Of a stretch of DNA of 64,000 bases, positions 37,377 through 45,014 are shown one piece after another. Both the position numbers and the translations under genes were made by a program. The DNA is taken from the NCBI GenBank assembly GCA_000993205.1, contig LBVU01000003.1:21820-85819 (forward strand). Direction: 5' to 3'. This DNA is from Candidatus Woesebacteria bacterium GW2011_GWB1_39_10. Its GTDB lineage: Bacteria; Patescibacteriota; Microgenomatia; UBA8517. The notes under the pieces are model-generated. The model was given only the letters and a program-made list of their open reading frames with translations, did not search any database and was not told the origin of the DNA. The number at the start of each line of letters is the position of its first letter. Position 1 is the first letter of the stretch.

Positions 37377-37787
37377 TCACTCCGTTCGACTCATAATCTT
37401 CACATCAATTGGCAACTTTGCCGACGCTCTTCTCATGGCCTCTCTTACGACAGCCTCAGCCGCCCCGGCTACTTCGTAAAGAATCATTCCCGGTTTCACT
37501 ACTGCCACGTAAGTTGAAATGTCTCCTTTTCCGCCTCCCATTCTCTTACCGGCGGGCCTGCTGGTTATTGGCTTATCCGGAAAAATCCTGACCCAAACTC
37601 TTCCGCCCTTTTTAAGATTGTGTGTTATTGTACGCCTTGCCGATTCAATTTGCGCACTGGTCACCCAAGCAACTTCCTGAGCTTTCATTGCAAAATCTCC
37701 AAATGAGATTTCGCTACCGCGAGTTGCCAGCCCGCGCCTTCTGCCTCTAAAGTCTTTAATGAATTTTCTTCTTTTTGGTTGTAACAT
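37377..37787 (-). CDS. rplP: 50S ribosomal protein L16
   Basis: MLQPKR, RIFPDKP and RMGGGKG motifs. Confidence 0.97.
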   Translation of the reverse strand: MLQPKRRKFIKDFRGRRRGLATRGSEISFGDFAMKAQEVAWVTSAQIESARRTITHNLKKGGRVWVRIFPDKPITSRPAGKRMGGGKGDISTYVAVVKPGMILYEVAGAAEAVVREAMRRASAKLPIDVKIMSRTE

Positions 37788-37793
37788 ATCTTT

Positions 37794-38444
37794 TTATTCC
37801 TGCTTTTTGTGTATCCACACCTTAACTCCCACATAGCCTCTTTTCAAGAGCGCCGGAACCTGAGAGTAATCAATGCTCTCTCTTAAAGTTTGAGCCGGGA
37901 CACTCCCCATATGATATTTTTCCACTCTGGATATTTCCGCACCGTTGATGCGTCCCGCCAGTACCACCTTGGCCCCAAGCGCTCCCGATGCCATGACCCT
38001 CTCCAAAGCCTTCTGAACAACACGCCTATGGGGAATCCTGCGTTCGAGCTCTCCGGCAATTCTTCCTGCAACTAAATGTGCCGAAAGTTCGGGATTTTTT
38101 ACCTCATTAATTCTGATGTCAATTTTTAAATCCTTTAGTTTTTTTCTTCTTACACCGTTTACCGCACCCAAAATATATTTTTTAACATCTTCGATACCGG
38201 TTCCGCCTCTGCCAATCACAACTCCGGGCCGACTTACGGTAATTGTTACCGCCATACTTTTTGGAAGCCTCTCGATTTCGACTTGCGTGATACCCGCAAG
38301 TTTAAGTTTTTCCATGAGCCCTTTCCTAATCTTTATATCCTCCAATAAGAAATCTTTAAATAGACCGTCATCTGCAAACCACCTTGATTTCCAGGGTAAA
38401 AACGAGCCTATTCTTATGCCGATTGGGTTAACTTTTTGTCCCAT
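37794..38444 (-). CDS. rpsC: 30S ribosomal protein S3
   Basis: MGQKVNP, RPGVVIG, GRINGAEI and GVKVWI motifs. Confidence 0.97.
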   Translation of the reverse strand: MGQKVNPIGIRIGSFLPWKSRWFADDGLFKDFLLEDIKIRKGLMEKLKLAGITQVEIERLPKSMAVTITVSRPGVVIGRGGTGIEDVKKYILGAVNGVRRKKLKDLKIDIRINEVKNPELSAHLVAGRIAGELERRIPHRRVVQKALERVMASGALGAKVVLAGRINGAEISRVEKYHMGSVPAQTLRESIDYSQVPALLKRGYVGVKVWIHKKQE

Positions 38445-38445
38445 T

Positions 38446-38904
38446 TTATTTTTCCTCCTCCTTCTTCTTGCTCTTATCTTCACTTTTAACTTGTACTTTT
38501 GCCTTTAGATTTTTGACTTTTGGATTTTCTGTTTTTGTTTCGGATTTAGGATTTCGGATTTCGGATTTTGCACGAGTTGTTAACACAACTCGGATGTGGG
38601 CCATTCTCTTTCTGATTGGATGCCACCTACCACGGCTTGCCGCCCGTCCTCTTTTGAGTCTCGGACCCTCTCCCACTTGGATTTCTTTAAAAATCAGGTC
38701 TGTGTCACTGGCTCCCTGATTTTTAGCATCCGCAATTGCGCTTTTAATTACTTTGGCAACAACCTCTCCAGCTCTTTTTTGAACAAATGGAAGGCGGGCG
38801 ACGGCATCGACCGGCTTAAGTTTTTTGATCAGGTCGGTCACAAGTCTTATTTTCCTTGGACTCATAATCAAATATTTTTGTGTCGATGTGTATGTTTTTT
38901 CCAC
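38446..38904 (-). CDS. rplV: 50S ribosomal protein L22 with repeat-derived tail
   Basis: SPRKIR and EGPRLKR motifs; tail KSEIRNPKSE is encoded by a heptamer repeat. Confidence 0.95.
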   Translation of the reverse strand: MEKTYTSTQKYLIMSPRKIRLVTDLIKKLKPVDAVARLPFVQKRAGEVVAKVIKSAIADAKNQGASDTDLIFKEIQVGEGPRLKRGRAASRGRWHPIRKRMAHIRVVLTTRAKSEIRNPKSETKTENPKVKNLKAKVQVKSEDKSKKKEEEK

Positions 38905-38905
38905 T

Positions 38906-39187
38906 TTATGTCTTCTCTAGTGTCCTCTTTACAATCTCTCCGTGGCCTCTGAATGTTCTTGTGGGCGCAAATTCACCCAGGGCGTGTCCCACCATATCTT
39001 CTGTTACAAAAACATCAATAAACACATGTCCGTTGTGAACTTGGAAATACTTGCCAATAAATGTTGGGGCAATTCGACACTTCCTTGACCACGTCTTTAT
39101 GGGGGTCTCCTTTTCCCCTTTTCCGCTTTCCACTTTTTTAACTAGTATCGGGTCGATAAACGGCCCTTTTTTAGAACTTCTTGACAT
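38906..39187 (-). CDS. rpsS: 30S ribosomal protein S19
   Basis: [14 protein letters not shown] and [11 protein letters not shown] motifs. Confidence 0.97.
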   Translation of the reverse strand: MSRSSKKGPFIDPILVKKVESGKGEKETPIKTWSRKCRIAPTFIGKYFQVHNGHVFIDVFVTEDMVGHALGEFAPTRTFRGHGEIVKRTLEKT

Positions 39188-39188
39188 A

Positions 39189-39941
39189 TCAGCCTAAGAG
39201 CGACTTGCCTCCTTTTCGTTGAACTATTAACCTGTTGGAATATTTCTTCTTATTGCGGGTTTTACCCACCGCGCTTCTGCCGTAAACAGTCTTTGGGTGT
39301 GGCATACCGATTCCACTTCTTCCCTCTCCACCTCCGTGAGGATGAGAATCGGGATTCATTGCAACTCCTCGGACGCTTGGTCTAATTCCCATGTGACGAA
39401 CTCTTCCGGCTTTGTGCAAAATCTCGTTTTTGGCATCTTCATTTCCAATTTGCCCTATACTCGCAAAGCACTCGGGACCAAATCTCCTAATCTCTCCGGA
39501 TGGAAGCTTAACCAAAACCCAAGCCTCTTCTTTTCCGAAAATTGTGGCGGCGTTCCCGGCGCTTTTGACAATTTGCCCGCCTTTACCTTTTGTAATTTCA
39601 ATATTGTGCACCAATGCCCCAACCGGAATATTCTTTAAAGGAAGTGCATTCCCCGGTGTAACAGGAGCCGCTTCCGAAGCGATTATTTTATCACCAATTT
39701 TAAGTCCAACGGGGGCCAAAATATAAGCCCTTACTCCGTCTGTATACAAAATCACTGCAAGAAATGCGTTTCTATTCGGATCATATTCAATTCCTTCCAC
39801 TTTTCCCCAAACATCCAATTTGGATCTTTTGAAATCCACTTCACGCATAAAACGCTTTTCGCCTCCGCCCTGGTGCCTGACGACGACCTTGCCATGAGCG
39901 CGTCCCGATCTTTTTTGTAATATTGATTTTAGTCTTCTCAT
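39189..39941 (-). CDS. rplB: 50S ribosomal protein L2, N-terminally shortened
   Basis: EYDPNR, LPSGEIR and [15 protein letters not shown] motifs. Confidence 0.96.
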   Translation of the reverse strand: MRRLKSILQKRSGRAHGKVVVRHQGGGEKRFMREVDFKRSKLDVWGKVEGIEYDPNRNAFLAVILYTDGVRAYILAPVGLKIGDKIIASEAAPVTPGNALPLKNIPVGALVHNIEITKGKGGQIVKSAGNAATIFGKEEAWVLVKLPSGEIRRFGPECFASIGQIGNEDAKNEILHKAGRVRHMGIRPSVRGVAMNPDSHPHGGGEGRSGIGMPHPKTVYGRSAVGKTRNKKKYSNRLIVQRKGGKSLLG

Positions 39942-39944
39942 AAT

Positions 39945-39979
39945 GTCATCCTGGAGTCCCATCTGTGGGACGATAGGAC
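39945..39979. repeat. GTCA-tagged palindrome variant in the rplW-rplB spacer
   Basis: gtcatcctggagtccc-atctgt-gggacgataggac. Confidence 0.65.
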
Positions 39980-39986
39980 CTCCTCT

Positions 39987-40262
39987 TTATTTCTTACTCT
40001 CTTCAAACAAATCTATTTTCTCGCCTTCCTTTAATGTAACTATTGCTTTTTTGCCTCTTAAGGTTGTAACTTTTACCCCCCTGTTGTTCTTTTTGACTTC
40101 ACCCGAGGTTGTGACTGTCTTGATATCAATTACATGTACTCCAAAAAGCTTGGCAATTTGCGCTTTAAGTGACAACTTGTCTTGTTTTTTCCCAACCCAA
40201 AAAGTATATTTACCTTCTTTTGCTAATTTTAAACTTTTTTCTGTAAAAATAGGCGTAATCAT
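39987..40262 (-). CDS. rplW: 50S ribosomal protein L23
   Basis: P.FTEKS and KKAIVTL motifs. Confidence 0.95.
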   Translation of the reverse strand: MITPIFTEKSLKLAKEGKYTFWVGKKQDKLSLKAQIAKLFGVHVIDIKTVTTSGEVKKNNRGVKVTTLRGKKAIVTLKEGEKIDLFEESKK

Positions 40263-40879
40263 GATAATTTTTTCGTTTTGAATATCCCTTCATCTAAGAT
40301 GATTGTCCCACCATAATAAATATCCAAAGCATTGACATCTTTATAAGAAACAAGGTTCGCGTCTTTCAAGTTCCTGATAAATTTGTTTACTGCCACCGAT
40401 CCTTCCGAAAGAACAAAAGTAAATCTTTTTGCTTTTAATTCCGTGCCCAATTTCTTTAGAAACCCGGCAGGTTCTTTTGTTTTTGCAATTTTGGAAAGGC
40501 CTGAGACCGCGACTACTTCTTTTTTGCCTAATTTATAGGCAAAGGCCATTGATCTTGCCTTAATTTTCAATTTATCGGAAATATTTAAAATACGCCTTTC
40601 CGGGCGGGGTCCAAAAATAACTCCACCTCCAACAAATAAGTTGGCGCGCCTTGAACCGTGCCTGGCTCCACCGGTTCCTTTTTGTTTATAAACTTTTTTG
40701 GTTGTTCTATTAACTTCAGATCTCGTCTTGGTATTTCTTAGTCCCGGATGAGTATTTTCTTCATAAATCCTAAGGGCCTGGGCAAGAGTATTCATATTTA
40801 CTTTTTCATCAAAAGATTTGGGAAGAGCAAGACTACCGCTTTTAACTCCTTTGATTGTGTATAAATCTATTTTTGCCAT
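40259..40879 (-). CDS. rplD: 50S ribosomal protein L4
   Basis: TKTRSEV, QKGTGGARHG and GGG..FGP motifs. Confidence 0.96.
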   Translation of the reverse strand: MAKIDLYTIKGVKSGSLALPKSFDEKVNMNTLAQALRIYEENTHPGLRNTKTRSEVNRTTKKVYKQKGTGGARHGSRRANLFVGGGVIFGPRPERRILNISDKLKIKARSMAFAYKLGKKEVVAVSGLSKIAKTKEPAGFLKKLGTELKAKRFTFVLSEGSVAVNKFIRNLKDANLVSYKDVNALDIYYGGTIILDEGIFKTKKLS

Positions 40880-40915
40880 ATGTGTCATCCTGAATTCATT
40901 TCAGGATCTTCTTTC

Positions 40916-41710
40916 TTACTTAGCCCCTCCTTGATCAACTGGTGCTTCTGTTGGCTTCCCTTGGTCCGCCGGCTTGCCCGCCGTAGCCTCGGCAGAGGCG
41001 GGAGCTTCTCCTTCACCTTCTACCATCTGCGCCACCACTTCGTGTTCAAGTTCCTTAAGACTTCCTGATTTGATTTTATTGATCGTTACCAATGATCCAA
41101 CTGTGCCCGGGATTTGTCCTGAAATTTCCAATTCATTTGTGTCGACATTAATGGCGATTATATGAAGATTTTCTACCGTTACTTGCTCGCCTCCCATTCT
41201 GCCTGCCATTTTTTTACCCCTGTAAACCCGTCCCGGAGTGGTTGTTTGACCAATTGACCCGGGAGCGCGCTCACGGTCGGATTGTCCATGAGTTCTTGGA
41301 CCGCCGTGGAAACCATGCCTTTTGACTACTCCGGCAAAACCTTTTCCTTTGCTTATCCCCATAACAGAAACAATATCCCCGGGATGAAAAATGTCGGAGG
41401 CGTTTATTGTGTCCCCGACTTTATATTCCGGCTCTTTATCTGTTCTGACTTCCCTAAGATATCTTGGAAAGCTATTAGTTTTTAGTTCTTCGTTCTTAGA
41501 TTTTTTGAGGTGTCCCTGAAGTGGTTTTGAAGTGTTTTTTGATCTTTTTGTAGAGAATCCGAGCTGAACTGCCCAATAACCGTCCTTATCCGTCTTTTTA
41601 ATTTGAGTCACGACACAAGGACCCGCAATTACCTTTGTAACGGGAATCCTAAACCCTTCTATAAAGGTTTGAGAATTTATTCCTTTTGAACCTAGTATTG
41701 TATTGATCAT
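40916..41710 (-). CDS. rplC: 50S ribosomal protein L3 with acidic tail
   Basis: SKGKGFAG, RAPGSIG and GKKMAGRMG motifs. Confidence 0.97.
   Translation of the reverse strand: MINTILGSKGINSQTFIEGFRIPVTKVIAGPCVVTQIKKTDKDGYWAVQLGFSTKRSKNTSKPLQGHLKKSKNEELKTNSFPRYLREVRTDKEPEYKVGDTINASDIFHPGDIVSVMGISKGKGFAGVVKRHGFHGGPRTHGQSDRERAPGSIGQTTTPGRVYRGKKMAGRMGGEQVTVENLHIIAINVDTNELEISGQIPGTVGSLVTINKIKSGSLKELEHEVVAQMVEGEGEAPASAEATAGKPADQGKPTEAPVDQGGAK
40973..41002. repeat. Family C palindrome (CCGCCG.AGCCTCGGC..AGGC.G), in-frame in the rplC tail
   Basis: Near-identical copy at 57781-57810 in ruvX. Confidence 0.8.
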
Positions 41711-41857
41711 TTCGCTGTTGTGAATCCCATTCGACTCCGTCAGTCGCTCAGGGCCATTAAACAATTCGAACGCCCCAAGAGGGGCTTAAGAAGCTTCCTC
41801 TAAAGACTATCGATCGTGGTTGACTATTGTTTTAACCACTTCCATGTTATGAGGGGA

Positions 41858-41886
41858 ATTATATATCATCCAAGATGGATCGTCAA
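41858..41886 (-). promoter_or_regulatory. Internal promoter for rplC: TTGACG-17-TATAAT
   Basis: Consensus boxes; spacer contains the imperfect palindrome ATCCATCTTGGAT. Confidence 0.75.
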
Positions 41887-41907
41887 CCAGGCTCGAAAAG
41901 CTCGGGC

Positions 41908-41948
41908 AAAAAAATAGCCCTGAACGTGTTTCTTGTTGTTCAGGGCTA
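41908..41948 (-). terminator. Intrinsic terminator after the small membrane-protein gene
   Basis: TAGCCCTGAAC...GTTCAGGGCTA followed by a T7 tract on the minus strand. Confidence 0.8.
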
Positions 41949-41992
41949 AACCTACATTTTCAATTACAGACTGTGCTTTAACTGTGGCAGGA

Positions 41993-42160
41993 CTAACGGC
42001 CAATTGGCAAATTACTTACCCAAGTTATGATCATTCCCCAATTGTCCAAAATGTTTGCGATAACGTTGCAAATCAGAACGAAGCCAAAAAGCCCGACAAC
42101 AAAAATCACCAAGGCGCGTTTTTCTCGACCCGCAAGTTTGTTTAGAGTCTTGTCATCCAT
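41993..42160 (-). CDS. Small single-TM protein, 55 aa, absent from the ORF track
   Basis: MDDKTLNKLAGREKRALVIFVVGLFGFVLICNVIANILDNWGMIITWVSNLPIGR; SD AAGGAGA; own terminator. Confidence 0.75.
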   Translation of the reverse strand: MDDKTLNKLAGREKRALVIFVVGLFGFVLICNVIANILDNWGMIITWVSNLPIGR

Positions 42161-42260
42161 AATAGTTTTCTCCTTTTGAAATGTGGTTCCTTAATCAAAA
42201 TTATTCAAATTAACGTGCAAACTCAGCCCAAAACAAAAATAGGTTCGCAATTGTGACTGA

Positions 42261-42322
42261 AATTGAGGGATTTGGGGAGTTTGGGATAATAAGGGAAATT
42301 AGAGGAGATTAAAGGAACTTAA
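42261..42322 (+). repeat. 9-bp purine-rich tandem repeat (7 units)
   Basis: aattgaggg atttgggga gtttgggat aataaggga aattagagg agattaaag gaacttaaa. Confidence 0.8.
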
Positions 42323-42329
42323 AATGAAT

Positions 42330-42440
42330 AACCACCAGCTTACACAGGTGGTTTCTTCTAACTCGATTAACTAAAGTTAATCGTCCTCGCATAAAATGCT
42401 TGGAAAATCTTCATCGCACTTGCTTACGCAAGTGGTTTTA
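42330..42440. mobile_element. Possible non-autonomous IS200/IS605-like remnant (hairpin ends, no transposase)
   Basis: Hairpins AACCACC..GGTGGTT, CGATTAACT..AGTTAATCG and TTCATCG-CACTTGC..GCAAGTG-GTTTT. Confidence 0.45.
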
Positions 42441-42539
42441 AGATTTGTAGTTATAAAATATCTACCAAGCGCAAGTAATCAAAGGGTTTTCTCGGTTAGA
42501 TCTTGACAAGCAATATCAAATCGTTATAATTAAGACGAT

Positions 42540-42824
42540 ATGGACACTACAACCTTACAAGTTCCACTAACTAAACAGCTTAAAACCAACGCTACTATCG
42601 TGGCTGAGGAGTATGGATTTTCTTCCTTACAGGAGGTTGTTCGCGTGCTTTTAACCAAACTTTCTAAAAGGGAACTTGGTGTGAGTATAGAACAATTCCC
42701 AACTGTAAAGCTTTCTGCTAAAAATGAAAAAAGGTATGCTAAGATGGATGAGGATTTTAAGAAAGGTGTAAATTCTGATTCCGCAAATAGTTTAGATGAG
42801 TTTTTTGACAAAATTGCTTCATGA
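42540..42824 (+). CDS. Type II antitoxin (RelB/DinJ-like)
   Basis: RHH-like N-terminus and acidic tail; ATGA overlap with the toxin; TTGACA-16-TATAAT at 42503-42530. Confidence 0.75.
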   Translation: MDTTTLQVPLTKQLKTNATIVAEEYGFSSLQEVVRVLLTKLSKRELGVSIEQFPTVKLSAKNEKRYAKMDEDFKKGVNSDSANSLDEFFDKIAS

Positions 42825-43084
42825 AAATAATTTGGTATAAAGATTTTGAAAAACACTACAAAAAACGTATTCTTCCCTACCAAAAAGTTAACATAAAATT
42901 TAAAGAAAGAACGAGATTGCTTGTTGAGAATCCTCAAAACCCAATCCTTAAAGACCACCAATTGACTGGAGATATGAAGGAATACAGATCCTTTTCAATA
43001 GCTGGCGACTTAAGGGTAACTTACAAAATTGTTGGGCAAATTTATTATTTTTATGATATTGGTAGCCACAACCAGGTTTATTAA
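42821..43084 (+). CDS. Type II toxin, RelE/YafQ-family mRNA interferase
   Basis: F.K.YKK, LKDHQLTG, SI.GDLR..Y and DIGSHNQVY motifs. Confidence 0.88.
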   Translation: MKIIWYKDFEKHYKKRILPYQKVNIKFKERTRLLVENPQNPILKDHQLTGDMKEYRSFSIAGDLRVTYKIVGQIYYFYDIGSHNQVY

Positions 43085-43134
43085 GACTCCAATTCTGGTT
43101 GACAAAGAAGAAGAAGAAGTAAACTATAGAGGAT

Positions 43135-43371
43135 ATGGAAGTTTCAGAAGTTACAAGCCAACAAATTTTAGAGGATAAAGCTCTAAAACCGCTAAAAACA
43201 GCTTCCGAGCTTATACACAGCTTTGATTCCAAACAAAAAGGTTTTGAGGATGAGTCTAAATTGACTCAGTACATGAAAAATAATTACCCCGACATGAGTG
43301 AGGAAGATATCCAGGATTGGTTAGTAAAAGCCAGAGAATGGAGCGATCTACAAAAACCAGTGGCTCCCTAG
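43135..43371 (+). CDS. Hypothetical protein
   Basis: 78-aa acidic ORF preceded by TTGACA-(AAG)5-TAAACT. Confidence 0.6.
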   Translation: MEVSEVTSQQILEDKALKPLKTASELIHSFDSKQKGFEDESKLTQYMKNNYPDMSEEDIQDWLVKAREWSDLQKPVAP

Positions 43372-43409
43372 AGGAATTTAGAGGATTTAAACTACTTCTA
43401 ACACAAAAT

Positions 43410-43718
43410 TTACATTTTGATTTCTATACTTACGCCTGCTGGAAGATCCAGATTCCCAAGAGAATCAACTGTGCGGGGGGAAGGGTCAATTATGTCGATG
43501 AGGCGTTTGTGGGTTAAAACTTCGTAGTGTTCTTGAGCATCTTTATCTGTAAAAGGAGATTCTTTGATTGCCATCATGGACCTATCTGTGGGGAGAGGAA
43601 TGGGACCTACAATTTTGGCACCAGTAGCGAGAGCGGTATCAATAATTTTTGAAGCCGCTTCATCTAAGACCCTGTGATCATAACTTTTGAGTTTGACTCT
43701 CAGTCTTCCTGTTGCCAT
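43410..43718 (-). CDS. rpsJ: 30S ribosomal protein S10
   Basis: LKSYDH, GPIPLPT and HKRLIDI motifs. Confidence 0.97.
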   Translation of the reverse strand: MATGRLRVKLKSYDHRVLDEAASKIIDTALATGAKIVGPIPLPTDRSMMAIKESPFTDKDAQEHYEVLTHKRLIDIIDPSPRTVDSLGNLDLPAGVSIEIKM

Positions 43719-43755
43719 AAAAAGAGCTAATAATTAAAAACTAATATCTAATAAC

Positions 43756-44946
43756 TTAGACCGTTACCTTGGTGATGACCCCGGCGCCAACAGTGTGGCC
43801 ACCCTCACGAATTGCAAATCTAAGTCCGTCTTCCAAAGCTACCGGCTGGATAAGTTTTACATGCATTTTGGCGTTGTCACCGGGCATAACCATCTCGATT
43901 CCTTCCGGAAGAGTGGCCTCACCTGTGACATCTGCTGTACGAATATAGAACTGGGGTTTATAACCAGTAAAGAAAGGGGTGTGCCTGCCGCCTTCTTCTT
44001 TGGAAAGGATGTAAACCTCTGCGTCAAATTCGGTGTGGGGTGTGACGCTCCCTGATTTTGCAAGAACTTGACCGCGCTCAACCTGATCTTTTTCAACTCC
44101 ACGAAGAAGTACTCCAACATTGTCTCCCGCTTGGGCATCGTCAAGAGTCTTTCTGAACATTTCAAGGCCTGTCACAACAGATTTTTGCGTATCTTTTAGT
44201 CCGATTATTTCGATTTCTTCGTTGACTTTAATAATTCCGCGCTCAACACGTCCTGTAACAACTGTTCCACGACCTGAGATTGTAAATACGTCCTCGACAG
44301 GCATAAGAAACGGTTTGTCTGTTTCTCTTACAGGGTCAGGAATGTAGTTATCTACCGCATCCATCAATTCCTGGATTTTCTTTTCCGCCTCAGGGTCACC
44401 ATCAACTGCTTTAAGAGCGCTTCCACGGATTACGGGGACTTCATCTCCGGGATATTCATATTTCTTAAGGAGTTCACGGACATCTGCCTCAACCAAATCG
44501 ATAATCTCGGGGTCATCAACCGTATCGCATTTGTTAAGAAATACCACAATTGCAGGAACATTAACCTGTCTGGCCAAAATTACGTGTTCACGAGTTTGAG
44601 GCATAGGGCCGTCGGCTGCTGAAACAACCAAGATAGCACCGTCCATCTGAGCTGCGCCGGTAATCATGTTCTTTATGTAATCGGCGTGTCCTGGAGCATC
44701 AATATGAGCATAGTGTCTTTTCTTTGTTTCGTACTCTTGGTGGGAAAGATTGATAGTGACTCCTCTTTCTTTTTCCTCCGGGGCTGAGTCAATATCTTCA
44801 TATTTCTTGGCCTTGGCCAATCCTTGTTTGGCAAGAACCATGGTAATGGCGCTAGTAAGTGTGGTTTTACCGTGGTCGACATGACCAATGGTACCAATGT
44901 TTACATGGGGCTTTGTTCTATCGTAATGTTGTTTTGCGTCTGCCAT
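43756..44946 (-). CDS. tuf: Elongation factor Tu
   Basis: [21 protein letters not shown] and GSAL motifs. Confidence 0.99.
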   Translation of the reverse strand: MADAKQHYDRTKPHVNIGTIGHVDHGKTTLTSAITMVLAKQGLAKAKKYEDIDSAPEEKERGVTINLSHQEYETKKRHYAHIDAPGHADYIKNMITGAAQMDGAILVVSAADGPMPQTREHVILARQVNVPAIVVFLNKCDTVDDPEIIDLVEADVRELLKKYEYPGDEVPVIRGSALKAVDGDPEAEKKIQELMDAVDNYIPDPVRETDKPFLMPVEDVFTISGRGTVVTGRVERGIIKVNEEIEIIGLKDTQKSVVTGLEMFRKTLDDAQAGDNVGVLLRGVEKDQVERGQVLAKSGSVTPHTEFDAEVYILSKEEGGRHTPFFTGYKPQFYIRTADVTGEATLPEGIEMVMPGDNAKMHVKLIQPVALEDGLRFAIREGGHTVGAGVITKVTV

Positions 44947-44956
44947 ACAAGTTTGA

Positions 44957-44986
44957 ATTATACTCGAGGCTAAACATACCTGTCAA
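44957..44986 (-). promoter_or_regulatory. tuf promoter TTGACA-18-TATAAT, 10 nt before the ATG
   Basis: Perfect consensus hexamers. Confidence 0.85.
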
Positions 44987-45014
44987 CTGGGAATTTAGAG
45001 AAAATTAAAGGAGG

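Noticed and set aside
41916-41947. CCCTGAAC..GTTCAGGG as another family B repeat
   Set aside because: Longer loop, no GTCA tag and a T tract; a terminator explains it, though repeat ancestry is not excluded.
41933-42145. 70-aa plus-strand ORF
   Set aside because: The opposite-strand 55-aa ORF has the SD, TM helix and terminator.
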